NCBI GenBank assembly: GCA_965238215.1
Contig: OZ250180.1
Coordinates: 1,884,111-1,948,110, forward strand
Reading direction: 5' to 3'
DNA length: 64,000 nucleotides
Source of the DNA: Dehalococcoidia bacterium
GTDB taxonomy: Bacteria; Chloroflexota; Dehalococcoidia; Lucifugimonadales; GCA-2712585
A program made the translations under genes and the position numbers. Below, in pieces: positions 38,759 through 49,310 of the stretch (positions are counted from its first letter, which is position 1; every line of letters starts with the position of its first letter). Under the pieces are notes generated by a model. That model was not told where the DNA came from. It made no database searches and saw nothing but the letters and a program-made list of their open reading frames with translations.

Positions 38759-39868
38759 GTGAAAATCCCCAAGCAGAACCTTAGAATTCCGGGCCCGACG
38801 CCCTGCCCGGATGAAATCATGGAGCTCATGAGCAGCCCCATGATCAACCACCGTGGGCCGGAGTTCAAGGAGCTTCTGTACAGCGTTACCGACCGGCTCA
38901 AGCGCGTCTTCCAGACCGGCAACGATCTTTACATCCTCACCGCCTCCGGCACCGGAGCACTGGAAGCCTCTCTGGTCAACACCCTCTCCCCCGGCGACGA
39001 GGTAATAGCCGCCGTCACCGGTTCCTTTGGCCGCCGCTACGCCGACATGGCCGAGGCTGTGGGCGCTTCCGTCACCCGCCTGGATTTTGAGTGGGGGACC
39101 GCCGTTGACGTTCCCACAATTCGCCAGGCCCTCGAAGCCCAGCCGGACGTAAAAGCCGTTCTCGTCACCCACAACGAGACCTCCACCGGCGTCATCAATG
39201 ACTTGGAAGCCATCGCTGCCGTGGTCAAGGGGGAATTCGATAAACTCCTTCTGGTGGACGCCGTCAGCAGCCTCGGCTGCGTATCCCTTCCCGTAGACCG
39301 GTGGCGCTGCGACGTTGTCGCCACCGCCTCCCAGAAAGGTTTCCTTACTCCCCCTGGCCTCTCTTTCATCAGCTTCGGCCCGGGGGCTTGGGAAGCCCGC
39401 AAAAGCGCAACGGCCACCAGCTTCTACTTCGACCTCGCGACCGCCCAGACCTACCTGGAGCGGGGACAGACGCCCTTCACCCCCAATCTGCCGCTCTTCT
39501 ACGCCCTTGACCGCTCTCTGGACGTTTTGCTGGACGAAGGGTTGGAGGAGACCTACACCCGCCACGCCTACTTTGGAGATATGACCCGCCGTGGCGTTAA
39601 GGCTCTCGGTCTCCAGCTCCTTGCCGACGACCATTGCGCCTCCAACACCGTTACCGCCGTCCGCATTCCGTCAAGCATCGACGCTAAGGCTCTGGTAAAC
39701 ACCCTTCGTTTAGAGCACGGCGTGGTCGTGGGCGGCGGCTTGGGCGAGCTCGAGGGAAAAATTATCCGCATCGGGCACCTGGGCGCCGTGTCGGAGCCGG
39801 ATATCGTTGACTGCCTGGAAGCCCTTGGCAAAACCCTAGAGTCGATGGGCTTTCGAGCCGGAGATTAG
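38759..39868 (+). CDS. Alanine-glyoxylate/serine-pyruvate aminotransferase (class V)
   Basis: LRIPGPT, HNETSTG, DAVSS, SQKG and RIGHLG motifs. Confidence 0.92.
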   Translation: MKIPKQNLRIPGPTPCPDEIMELMSSPMINHRGPEFKELLYSVTDRLKRVFQTGNDLYILTASGTGALEASLVNTLSPGDEVIAAVTGSFGRRYADMAEAVGASVTRLDFEWGTAVDVPTIRQALEAQPDVKAVLVTHNETSTGVINDLEAIAAVVKGEFDKLLLVDAVSSLGCVSLPVDRWRCDVVATASQKGFLTPPGLSFISFGPGAWEARKSATATSFYFDLATAQTYLERGQTPFTPNLPLFYALDRSLDVLLDEGLEETYTRHAYFGDMTRRGVKALGLQLLADDHCASNTVTAVRIPSSIDAKALVNTLRLEHGVVVGGGLGELEGKIIRIGHLGAVSEPDIVDCLEALGKTLESMGFRAGD

Positions 39869-40316
39869 CGCCCACGGCATTCGTTTCCCCAAATTTTTTC
39901 AGACGAAAAACGATTGCGCTCTTTCGTATATCGTCTTTGGTCACATATACGATGTCGACTTACTTGGCAATATTGATAAAAAATGAAGCATAAACGCCAT
40001 TTAGCCCTTAAATTCGCCTCCCGCCTCCTGCATTTGTTTAGAAAAACAATTCAAGAAACGCCGGATCTATAGTGGCAGATCACATGCACAATCCCCACAT
40101 CCATTTCCTCGTAATCCGCAGCCACCATCCTAAGACAAAGTGCCCCGAAATTTCCTATAATGCCGCTAAATATAAGCGAAGCCCCAGGATGTACGTTGGG
40201 ACCCCACCATGTCATTCTGAGCAAAGCGAAGAATCTCACCGCCAGCGGTATGAGAGAAAAGTGGGCTTCACCCCCGCCCTCCTGGGCCACGGAAATAAGA
40301 GAGGAGGCGCCGTGCT

Positions 40317-40760
40317 ATGACACAGATGAATCAGGCCATGGCGGCCTTGAAGTTCAGCTTGGCTGAGATGCGCGCCCGGGACGACCGGTTGAAGGCCATG
40401 ATCCGCCAGTTCGAGACCCAGCTGAAGCGCATTCCCCGCCAGGCCATGTACGGACGGGCGTCCCTCAACCTCGCCCTGGGCTCTATGGCAGAAATCGAGG
40501 AGCGTCTTCGCCACTCCCAAACTCAGCGCCGCCACCTCCTCAACATCATGGAGCAGGCACGTATGGAACTGGAGGCCCTCGTGCTGGTGCAGCGCATAGA
40601 GTCGGCCAGGGAGAAGCTTGCTAACTTGAAGAAGCAGATAAGCGGCGATATGGACGAGGATACCCAGGCCCAGATTATTCGCTTGGAGGCGTACATCGCC
40701 CAGTACAGCAAGCAGGCGGAACGGGCCATCACCACCGGCTACAGCCGCCAGGGGGCGTAA
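40317..40760 (+). CDS. Hypothetical coiled-coil protein
   Basis: GGAGG RBS; helical heptad-rich sequence. Confidence 0.7.
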   Translation: MTQMNQAMAALKFSLAEMRARDDRLKAMIRQFETQLKRIPRQAMYGRASLNLALGSMAEIEERLRHSQTQRRHLLNIMEQARMELEALVLVQRIESAREKLANLKKQISGDMDEDTQAQIIRLEAYIAQYSKQAERAITTGYSRQGA

Positions 40761-40847
40761 TGCCTTCTATCCGTCGCGATGGCACAGTAGGTGCGGGCTC
40801 GCTCACTCTCCTTTCTTGAATAGTACGGTCACCGAGGACCAGAGACT

Positions 40848-42890
40848 ATGGACGCCAAGATTCAACAGCGTGTAGACCAACTCCGCAAGGAGATAAACCG
40901 TCACAACTATCTCTACCACGCGTTGGACGCCCCGGAAATTTCCGACGTCCAATTCGACGCGTTGATGCGCCAACTCAGGCAGTTGGAAGACCAGCATCCT
41001 GATTTGGTGATGCCGGAGTCCCCGACTCAGCGGGTGGGTGCGCCGCCGGCGCAGGGTTTTGCCCAGGTGGAACACCGGCTGCCCATGCTCAGCCTGGCCA
41101 ACGCCTTCAACCCTGAAGAACTGGCTGCTTGGTATCGCCGCGTTTCCAATCTTCTCGGCGTGGACGCTCCCGACCTGGTGTGTGAGTTGAAGATAGACGG
41201 CCTCGCCGTTTCCCTCATGTATCATGAGGGCCGGCTGGTTCAAGGAGCTACCCGCGGAGACAGTTTCCGGGGCGAAGACGTCACCCATAATCTCCGCACC
41301 ATCCCCAGCATTCCCCTGGCTCTTCTGGACGACGCTCCCCGCCGGCTGGAAGTTCGCGGCGAGGTCTTCATGTCCAAGGACGCCTTTGCCAGGCTCAACC
41401 GCGAGCGAGAGGCTAAGGGGGAGCCACTTTACGCCAATCCCCGCAATACCGCCGCCGGTTCCGTTCGTCAGCTGGACCCTGCCATGACAGCCTCCCGCAA
41501 CCTGGAAATCTACGTCTACTCTCTCGGAGACCGAGATGACGGCGACCCGGAGAACGGAGGTAAATCCGACACCCACTGGGACGCTATGGAGAATCTGCGC
41601 CGTCTCGGTTTCCGCATCAGCCCCCACAATCGACTTTGCCTTACCCTTGAGGAAGTGAAAGACTACTACCTTAGATGGCTGGAGGGTATCCACGACCTGC
41701 CATTCCATGCCGACGGCGTGGTGGTCAAGGTCAACTCCTTCCAATACCAAGAGGAGCTTGGGTTCGCGGGCAGGGAACCCCGTTGGGCCATCGCATACAA
41801 GTTCCCCGCCGAGCAGGTCGTCACCCGTCTGCTGGACATAGGCATTAACGTGGGCCGCACGGGCAGCCTCAACCCCTTTGCGAAGCTGGAACCCGTGGTG
41901 GTAGGCGGCGCCACTGTGAAGATGGCCACCCTCCACAACGAGGAAGACATCCACAGGAAGGACATCCGCATCGGTGATTGGGTGACTGTAGAACGGGCCG
42001 GAGAGGTGATTCCAAAGGTGGTGGGCCCCGTTGTGTCCCGGCGAACCGGCGAGGAGCGGAAATTTAGCATGCCGGCCCAATGTCCCATCTGCGACACGGA
42101 GGTGGTCAAGGCGGAGGATGACGCCTTGCACCGGTGTCCCAACGCCGCCTGTACCGCCCAGTTCTTCGAGCTCCTCAAGCACTTCGTCAGCAAGGGAGCC
42201 ATGAACATCGACGGGCTGGGTGAGAAGTGGTGCGCCATACTTATCGACAAGGGGCTGGTAAGGGACCTGGCAGACCTCTACTATGTCCAGCGGGATCAGC
42301 TGTTGGCCCTGGACCGTATGGGTGAGAAGCTGGCCGCGAAAATCATGGACAACATAGAAGCTAGCAAGACGCGCCCCCTCTCCCGCGTGCTCTTTGCCCT
42401 TGGCGTGCTCCACGTAGGCTCCGAAAACGCCGACCTGCTGGCCTCCCATTTCAGAAGCATCGACGAGATTGCTCAGCCCCCCGAAGAGCGACTTACCGAA
42501 ATACCCGGCATTGGCCCAAAGATTGCCGCCAGCATCGCCGCCCACTTTACCGTTGAGTCCAACCGGGCCGTCATCGGCAAACTGCGCGAAGCGGGGGTCA
42601 GGCTGGAGCGACAAGAATCGGAGGAGGCGCCTTCGATGGCCCCGCTGCCTCTCCAGGGCCAGACTTTCTGCATCACGGGGGCCCTCTCCGGCATTTCGCG
42701 ATCCCGTGCTCAGGCCAGAATCAAGTCCCTGGGTGGCGCCGCCACCTCCAGCGTCACCCGCAAGACCACCTACCTGGTCGTGGGCGAAAATCCCGGCTCC
42801 AAGGTTGCTACGGCCCAGCGGTTGGGCACCGAAATCATCGACGAAGATAAGCTGCTGGAGATCCTGAAATCCCCCGTTCAAACGTCCTGA
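40848..42890 (+). CDS. ligA: NAD-dependent DNA ligase
   Basis: ELKIDG, NPRN.AAGS, zinc finger and BRCT domain. Confidence 0.98.
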   Translation: MDAKIQQRVDQLRKEINRHNYLYHALDAPEISDVQFDALMRQLRQLEDQHPDLVMPESPTQRVGAPPAQGFAQVEHRLPMLSLANAFNPEELAAWYRRVSNLLGVDAPDLVCELKIDGLAVSLMYHEGRLVQGATRGDSFRGEDVTHNLRTIPSIPLALLDDAPRRLEVRGEVFMSKDAFARLNREREAKGEPLYANPRNTAAGSVRQLDPAMTASRNLEIYVYSLGDRDDGDPENGGKSDTHWDAMENLRRLGFRISPHNRLCLTLEEVKDYYLRWLEGIHDLPFHADGVVVKVNSFQYQEELGFAGREPRWAIAYKFPAEQVVTRLLDIGINVGRTGSLNPFAKLEPVVVGGATVKMATLHNEEDIHRKDIRIGDWVTVERAGEVIPKVVGPVVSRRTGEERKFSMPAQCPICDTEVVKAEDDALHRCPNAACTAQFFELLKHFVSKGAMNIDGLGEKWCAILIDKGLVRDLADLYYVQRDQLLALDRMGEKLAAKIMDNIEASKTRPLSRVLFALGVLHVGSENADLLASHFRSIDEIAQPPEERLTEIPGIGPKIAASIAAHFTVESNRAVIGKLREAGVRLERQESEEAPSMAPLPLQGQTFCITGALSGISRSRAQARIKSLGGAATSSVTRKTTYLVVGENPGSKVATAQRLGTEIIDEDKLLEILKSPVQTS

Positions 42891-42922
42891 TTGTCCTCCC
42901 TCATCCGCGTTAGAATATAATT

Positions 42923-43609
42923 ATGCCTGTCCCTGCTGAAAACGCCGACGCCAAATCTCCTTGCGCCGCCCACAACCCTCCGGCGGAACGGCCCCGACTG
43001 AAAATCATCGTCGGTCTGGGCAATCCTGGCGCCCGCTACGCCGGGACCCGTCACAACGTGGGCTTCGCCTGTATCGACAAGCTTGCTCAGCGTTGGAGCG
43101 TCTCCCTTTCCGACCGCCGTCAGCATGCCGTCCTGGGACAGGGGAAAGTGACGGGCGCACCGGTAGTTCTGGCCAAGCCCCGAACCTACATGAACAACAG
43201 CGGCGAAGCCGTCCGTTACCTGCTGGCTCGCTTCCGCGTCCAAGCCTCCGACCTGGTGATAATCTATGATGAGATGGACCTGCCCCTTGGGACCATCCGG
43301 TTGCGGCCCGGAGGAGGGACCGCCGGACATCAGGGCATGGCGTCCATAGTCGACGTCTTGGGCAGCAACAAGTTCCCCAGGGTGCGAGTGGGCATCGGCA
43401 AGCCGGAGCGTGCCGATGATTGGGTACGCTACGTTCTCGAACCCTTCTCTCCGGAAGAAATGCCTCTGGTGAGCGACGTTGTGGGACGGGTTGCCGCTTC
43501 CGCCGATTCTTTGCTGATAGAAGGCATAGACAGAGCAATGAATCGGTTCAACACCATACCCCCGCCCTCACCACCGCCGGACCCCACGGCGCCTAGAATC
43601 TCGTCGTAG
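42923..43609 (+). CDS. pth: Peptidyl-tRNA hydrolase
   Basis: GLGNPG, TRHNVGF and YMNNSG motifs. Confidence 0.95.
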   Translation: MPVPAENADAKSPCAAHNPPAERPRLKIIVGLGNPGARYAGTRHNVGFACIDKLAQRWSVSLSDRRQHAVLGQGKVTGAPVVLAKPRTYMNNSGEAVRYLLARFRVQASDLVIIYDEMDLPLGTIRLRPGGGTAGHQGMASIVDVLGSNKFPRVRVGIGKPERADDWVRYVLEPFSPEEMPLVSDVVGRVAASADSLLIEGIDRAMNRFNTIPPPSPPPDPTAPRISS

Positions 43610-43786
43610 GGGCGGGTTTCAAACCTGCATACTCCCTCCCCGTCATTCCGAGTCCCTCAAGGAACCTTTGCCGCCCTACCGCCACAGTCCCCATCCCAGC
43701 CCCATCGGCTTCTTGTGACGGCCAACTCCCTTTGCTAGACTTGATGGCGCTTTACCAACGAACATCAGCCGTCGAGGAAACGCCCA

Positions 43787-44077
43787 ATGGCCCTAACCAA
43801 AGAGGAAGTGCTGCACATGGCCGCCCTCTGCCGCATAGCTCTTTCGCCCCAGGAGGTGGAGCACTTACGTGGGCAACTTTCCGCCATCCTGGAACACGTG
43901 AGAACTTTGCAGGAGGTTGACACGGAAGGGGTGCTGCCCACCAGCCACTCGGCGGGCCTAACCTCCGTCATGCGGGAGGACCGCTCGTCGGACGGTTTGG
44001 ACACGGAAGAAGCGCTCACCAACGCCCCCCGTCGTGAAGACGATTTCTTCCGCGTCAACGCGGTGCTGGAAGAATAG
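43787..44077 (+). CDS. gatC: Asp/Glu-tRNA amidotransferase subunit C
   Basis: EEV.H.A.L.R..., MRED and NAP motifs; upstream of gatA. Confidence 0.93.
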   Translation: MALTKEEVLHMAALCRIALSPQEVEHLRGQLSAILEHVRTLQEVDTEGVLPTSHSAGLTSVMREDRSSDGLDTEEALTNAPRREDDFFRVNAVLEE

Positions 44078-44154
44078 ACCGTGAGTCTGTACCCGTCCAA
44101 ACCGATCGGCCTATTCTGGCCTCCGACTTCAACTCGGCACGAGGTAAAAACCCC

Positions 44155-45612
44155 GTGAGTGCCCTTCACGGCCTGACACTCCAGGAAGCCCACCGCTTGC
44201 TTCGCCGCCGCGAGGCAAGCTCCGTCGAGATTACCCAGGCCTGCCTGGAGCGCATCCGTCAGGTGGAGCCCCAGATCAACGCCTTTGTCACCGTCACCGG
44301 AGATCTGGCCTTGGAGCAGGCCCGACAGGTGGACGAAAACTGTAGCTACGACCATGGTTCGGCGCTCTCCGGCATTCCCTTCCAGGCCAAAGACGTAATC
44401 TGCACCAAAGGTATCCGCACCACCTGCTCCTCCCGCATGCTGGAAAGCTTCGTGCCACCCTACGACGCCACCGTTATGGAGAAGCTCTACGCCAATGACG
44501 GCGTGCTGTTGGGCAAAGGGAACATGGACGAGTTCGCTATGGGATCGTCCACGGAACACTCTGCCTTCTACCCTAGCAGGAACCCGTGGGACACCACGCG
44601 GGTGCCCGGTGGCAGCAGTGGGGGCAGCGCCGCGGCCGTGGCGGCCGACGAGGTCTTCTACGCCCTTGGCTCCGACACGGGCGGCAGCATCCGCCAGCCG
44701 GCCTCCCTTTGCGGCATAGTTGCCCTCAAACCCACTTATGGCCTGGTGAGCCGGTACGGGCTCATAGCCTTCGCATCCTCCCTGGACCAGATAGGCCCCA
44801 TGACCAAGAGCGTCGCCGACGCTGCCCTGGTGCTGAACGCGGTGGCAGGCTACGATCCCCGAGACTCCACCTCCATAGACACGCCCATCCCGGACTATGC
44901 CCAATCTCTTACCGGCGAGGCGAAGGGTCTGAAGGTGGGCGTGCCCCGCGAATTCTTCGGCGAGGGTACCCAGCCGGGGGTACTCGAGGCTCTAAAGACG
45001 GCCCTGGCGGTTCTCGAAAGTCTGGGCGTTTCCGTGGAGGAGACCACCCTCCCCAGCACCAAATACGCCACCGCCTGCTATCACATCATCGCCCCGTCCG
45101 AGTGCTCGGCTAACCTCGCCCGTTACGACGGAGTGAAGTTCGGCCACTCCAAGGGAGATGCGGCGAGCATCTGGGACGCTATGGAAAAGACCCGCCAGGA
45201 GGGTTTCGGGCCGGAGGTCAAGCGGCGAATCATGTTGGGCGCCTACGCCCTCTCCTCGGGTTACTACGATGCCTACTATCTGAAGGCCCAGAAGGTGCGG
45301 ACCCTCATCTGCCGGGAGCTGGACCAAGCCTTCCAAAAATATGATGTCCTTGTCACTCCCACCTCCCCCACCGTCGCTTTCGGTTTGGGGGAAAGGATGG
45401 CGGACCCACTAGAGATGTATCTGAGCGACATCTGCAACATTTCGGCTAACATGGCCGGCATTCCGGCCCTTACTGTCCCCTGTGGCTTCTCCGAGGGCCT
45501 GCCGGTAGGCATGCAGCTCATGGGACCTGCCCTTTCAGAACCGACGCTCATCCGGCTGGGCTACGCCTACGAGCAGTCTAGCCCCTGGAGCAAGCGCCGT
45601 CCCGCCCTCTAA
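44155..45612 (+). CDS. gatA: Asp/Glu-tRNA amidotransferase subunit A
   Basis: Amidase signature GGSSGGS, SDTGGSIRQPA and EVKRRIMLG. Confidence 0.97.
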   Translation: MSALHGLTLQEAHRLLRRREASSVEITQACLERIRQVEPQINAFVTVTGDLALEQARQVDENCSYDHGSALSGIPFQAKDVICTKGIRTTCSSRMLESFVPPYDATVMEKLYANDGVLLGKGNMDEFAMGSSTEHSAFYPSRNPWDTTRVPGGSSGGSAAAVAADEVFYALGSDTGGSIRQPASLCGIVALKPTYGLVSRYGLIAFASSLDQIGPMTKSVADAALVLNAVAGYDPRDSTSIDTPIPDYAQSLTGEAKGLKVGVPREFFGEGTQPGVLEALKTALAVLESLGVSVEETTLPSTKYATACYHIIAPSECSANLARYDGVKFGHSKGDAASIWDAMEKTRQEGFGPEVKRRIMLGAYALSSGYYDAYYLKAQKVRTLICRELDQAFQKYDVLVTPTSPTVAFGLGERMADPLEMYLSDICNISANMAGIPALTVPCGFSEGLPVGMQLMGPALSEPTLIRLGYAYEQSSPWSKRRPAL

Positions 45613-45924
45613 CCGCAGCGCTCCATTCTTGCATTATCTTGCTTACCATCCTGAACACAGCGAAGAATCTTGCCGCCCTTTCGCCTACAATCTGTTTTGA
45701 GGGCTGCGGCGTAACTGAATGAGATGGACGTAGTTTGTCGCCAGGATTTGACAAAGGGGGCGTTTTATAGTATTTCTACCTTTTAGGCGGTATAGCCTAC
45801 GTTTTTAACGCCCTAGTCATTCCTTAGGCAAACTTGTCGAGCGCACTTCTCGCTCGGGATTTCGGACGTTGTAGATCTCATTGGGTCGGAATCCGCACTC
45901 TAGAACCTAAGAGAGGCATGTGAA

Positions 45925-46842
45925 ATGCAAAGATATCTAATCTATCGGTTTGGCCAATCTATCATCGCGCTCATTGGCGTCTCGATGCTTGTCTTCTTCC
46001 TTACCCGTCTCAGCGGCAACGTGTTGGACTTGATGTTGCCTATCGAGGCGACTCCGGAGGACTTCGAGAGGGTGGAGAAGGCCTGGGGCTTAGACAAACC
46101 CATGGTGGTTCAGTACGGCATATACGTGAAGAACGTGCTGCGGGGCGACTGGGGGGAGTCTTGGAAATGGGGCAGCGGCGCCCTTGAGATAGTCCTCGAA
46201 AAGTTCCCCGCCACGGTCCAGCTGGCTGCCTTTACCCTGGTGATCAGCACCTTCCTTGGGTTATCTATCGGAATGCTTGTGGCTACCAAGAAGGACACGC
46301 CCTTCGACTGGGGAGGCAAGATTATTGCCCTCCTAGGGCAGTCCCTCCCCAGCTTCTGGCTGGGCATCGTGCTCATGTGGGTGTTCGCCGTCCTCCTTGG
46401 CTGGCTGCCCACCTCGGGCAGAGGGGGCATAGACCACATGATAATGCCGGCCATTACCCTGGGCTGGTTCAACGTAGCGGCCCTCATGCGTCTGACGCGC
46501 TCTGCCATGCTGGAGGTGTTGGACAGCGAATACGTGAAGCTTGCCCGCATCAAGGGCCTGCCGGAATGGAAGGTCATTTGGAAGCACTGTCTGCGTAACG
46601 CTGCCATCGCGCCCCTCACGTACTTCGGCCTCGTGGCCGGATTCTTGCTGACCGGTTCGGTGGTGACGGAGACGGTCTTCGCCTGGCCCGGCACCGGGCT
46701 TTTGGCGGTGGAAGCCGTTCAGGCTAGAGACTACCAGGTGGTGCAGGCTGTGGTCCTGTTCATGGCCGGCATCTTCATCTTGTCCAACCTCGTCGTAGAC
46801 ATCCTCTACGCTTACCTGGACCCCCGTATCCGATACAACTAG
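45925..46842 (+). CDS. dppB: Peptide/nickel ABC transporter permease (DppB/OppB-like)
   Basis: GLDKP..VQY, EYVKLARIKG and LDPRI motifs. Confidence 0.9.
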   Translation: MQRYLIYRFGQSIIALIGVSMLVFFLTRLSGNVLDLMLPIEATPEDFERVEKAWGLDKPMVVQYGIYVKNVLRGDWGESWKWGSGALEIVLEKFPATVQLAAFTLVISTFLGLSIGMLVATKKDTPFDWGGKIIALLGQSLPSFWLGIVLMWVFAVLLGWLPTSGRGGIDHMIMPAITLGWFNVAALMRLTRSAMLEVLDSEYVKLARIKGLPEWKVIWKHCLRNAAIAPLTYFGLVAGFLLTGSVVTETVFAWPGTGLLAVEAVQARDYQVVQAVVLFMAGIFILSNLVVDILYAYLDPRIRYN

Positions 46843-46864
46843 AAGCCTCGGAGAATAGAAGAAA

Positions 46865-48301
46865 ATGGCAATTTCAATACCTAAGGCAAAACCTTGGTAC
46901 TCTCCCCCCAGGCTGGCCAAGACTCTAGGGGACGCCAAGAGGCTTCCCCTAATTCCCATCTCCATCCTCTTATTCGTGTTGGTGCTCCCGGCGATTTTCG
47001 CCAACGTCTGGAGCAACGCCCGGGGGTTCGACCCGGAGGTGGGGACCCTGCAAGACCGACTGGTTCCGCCCGCTTGGATCAAAGCGAAAATTCAGACCTT
47101 GAAGGGTGGAGTGGTCATTGACAACATACAGGTGTTCAAGAACGGCGAAATGGTCGAAAGAGCCGTCATTGACCGCCAGGGAACGCCGCAGGTCAACGGC
47201 GAACCCGTCGTAGGAATCATTCAATACCAAAGCAACGCCGAAGTAATTAAAATTGGTCGTGCACTGGTGTATCCGGGCGGCGTGGAAGCGGCGGTGACGT
47301 CTAAACTCGCGCCCACTTTGAAAGTAATCAAGAACCCCGTCACCTTTAACAGCGGTGGCTTGTACGTGGGCGGCGAGGAGGTTCCAAGCGGCGTGGCCTT
47401 TATGGGCACCGAAAACGGTGGCGAAGTCACCTTTACGCCGCTGGGCGCCACTATTCAGGGCAGCCAGGCCAAGGACGCCCTGGAGGTTAGAGACGCCGGC
47501 GGTAACTTAGTGGAGCCGGTGGTTGGCGTAGCCACCATGGAGGACATACGGATACATGGCACGGAAGATGAAATCCTGGCCCATCCGAACAATGTCCGTC
47601 AGTTGACCCCGGACGGGTCCGGTAAGTACTGGCTTGGCACGGACAAACTGGGTCGAGACCTGGTAACACGTATGATTCACGGTGCGCGGATATCCCTCTC
47701 CGTTTCCTTGATAGCCATCCTCTTCGCCGGAATAGTCGGCACCACTCTGGGTCTAATGGCTGGTTACATCGGAGGATGGGTGGATGCTCTCATAATGCGC
47801 TTGGTAGACATCAAGCTGGCCATTCCGTCGATTCTGTTGGCTCTCGTCTTCGTAGCAGTGGTGGGTCCCAGCTTCCAAACGGTGGTGACAGTCATCGCCC
47901 TTGTGTATTGGGCGCTATACGCTCGCCAGGCCAGAGGCGAAACCCTCAGCGTTAAGAACCAGGACTTCATCCAGAGGGCCAAGGTCGCGGGCGCTTCTCA
48001 CTTTAGGATCATATTCATGCACATCTTCCCCAACGTGCTCAACACCCTGATCATCGTGGCCACACTGCAGTTGGGCACGGCCATCCTCTTTGAAGCGTCC
48101 CTCAGCTTCCTTGGCGCTGGCATCCCCCGGCCCACGCCCGCTTGGGGCGTCATGGTGGCCGACGGTCGTGAGCTTATTGTGGCCAACTGGTGGGTTTCCT
48201 TCTTCCCAGGCGTCTGCATTCTGGTGGCCGTCCTTTCCCTCAACTTGCTCGGTGACTGGACGAGAGACAAGTTGGATCCCAAGACTAGGCAGGTGACATA
48301 A
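46865..48301 (+). CDS. dppC: Peptide ABC transporter permease (DppC/OppC-like) with a large extracytoplasmic insertion
   Basis: LGTDKLGRD, GARISL and EASLSFLG motifs; about 175 extra aa after LVPPAW. Confidence 0.9.
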   Translation: MAISIPKAKPWYSPPRLAKTLGDAKRLPLIPISILLFVLVLPAIFANVWSNARGFDPEVGTLQDRLVPPAWIKAKIQTLKGGVVIDNIQVFKNGEMVERAVIDRQGTPQVNGEPVVGIIQYQSNAEVIKIGRALVYPGGVEAAVTSKLAPTLKVIKNPVTFNSGGLYVGGEEVPSGVAFMGTENGGEVTFTPLGATIQGSQAKDALEVRDAGGNLVEPVVGVATMEDIRIHGTEDEILAHPNNVRQLTPDGSGKYWLGTDKLGRDLVTRMIHGARISLSVSLIAILFAGIVGTTLGLMAGYIGGWVDALIMRLVDIKLAIPSILLALVFVAVVGPSFQTVVTVIALVYWALYARQARGETLSVKNQDFIQRAKVAGASHFRIIFMHIFPNVLNTLIIVATLQLGTAILFEASLSFLGAGIPRPTPAWGVMVADGRELIVANWWVSFFPGVCILVAVLSLNLLGDWTRDKLDPKTRQVT

Positions 48302-48302
48302 A

Positions 48303-49310
48303 TTGGCAACTCAGATAGGGGACAAGGTTGTTCTGGAAGTTAAGGATCTGCATACATACTTCTTCAACCGTTGGGGAACGGTGAAGGCTGTGGACGGCGT
48401 CAGCTTCTCCCTCAGGCAGGGGGAAACCCTCGGCATCGTCGGCGAGTCGGGCTGCGGCAAGACCATGACAGCCCTCTCCCTCATGCGGCTCAATCCGAAG
48501 CCAGCCTCCCGCATCATCGACGGTTCGATTATGCTGGACGGGGAGGACATCCTTCAACGCTCCGAGAAGGACATGCGAGAGGTTAGGGGCCGGAAAATCT
48601 CCATGATTCTCCAGGACCCCCAAACCTCCCTGAACCCGGTTTATACTATTGGCAACCAGTTGGTGGAAGCTTTGGTGCACCGTCAAGATCTACATCGGGA
48701 CCTGAAGCGAGAGGCGGAACAGTCTCTGCGCAGCGTGAGGGTGGCAGCCCCCCGTCGTCGGCTGGAAGACTTCCCTCATCAGATGAGCGGCGGCATGAAG
48801 CAGCGGGTTGTAGGGGCCATCGCCATGGCCTGCGACCCAATGGTCATCATCGCCGACGAGCCGACTACGGCCTTGGACGTTACCATTCAGCTTCAGTACC
48901 TTCGCCTACTGAAGGACATTCAGGCGGAGACGGGTATGAGCATCATCTTCATCACCCACGACTTTGGCATCGTGGCTCGCATGTGTGACCGGGTTGTGGT
49001 GATGTACGCAGGTCGGATCGTGGAAGAAGGGCCGGTTAGAGGCATCTTCAACAACCCCTCTCACCCTTACACGGAGGCCCTCATTGGCTCCGTTCCCAAG
49101 TTGGAAGAGAAGGTCGAGCGGCTCTACCAGATTGAAGGCCAGCCGCCCGCTCTGTATGACCTGCCGGTAGGCTGCCGTTTTGCCGACCGGTGCCGGTACA
49201 TGCAGGATAGGTGTTTGGAAGCATATCCCCCGTTTTTCGATGTGGGAACAGAACAAAGAACAGCTTGTTGGAGGCTAGACGAAACATGGCAAACGAACCC
49301 GTCCTCCTAG
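48303..49310 (+). CDS. dppD: Peptide ABC transporter ATPase (DppD-like)
   Basis: GESGCGKT, MSGGMKQR, HPYT and a C-terminal Cys cluster. Confidence 0.92.
   Translation: MATQIGDKVVLEVKDLHTYFFNRWGTVKAVDGVSFSLRQGETLGIVGESGCGKTMTALSLMRLNPKPASRIIDGSIMLDGEDILQRSEKDMREVRGRKISMILQDPQTSLNPVYTIGNQLVEALVHRQDLHRDLKREAEQSLRSVRVAAPRRRLEDFPHQMSGGMKQRVVGAIAMACDPMVIIADEPTTALDVTIQLQYLRLLKDIQAETGMSIIFITHDFGIVARMCDRVVVMYAGRIVEEGPVRGIFNNPSHPYTEALIGSVPKLEEKVERLYQIEGQPPALYDLPVGCRFADRCRYMQDRCLEAYPPFFDVGTEQRTACWRLDETWQTNPSS

Noticed and set aside
39870-40060. oriC or dif site in an AT-rich gap
   Set aside because: No DnaA-box cluster or dif consensus recognised.
40803-42881. 692-aa antisense ORF (also 25262-26428, 4354-5643, 43765-44904, 53066-54277)
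   Set aside because: These are shadow frames opposite well-supported genes in GC-rich DNA, with no recognisable motifs.
47078-47608. Intein in dppC
   Set aside because: No Cys/Ser start, no His-Asn end and no endonuclease motifs; the loop is extracytoplasmic.
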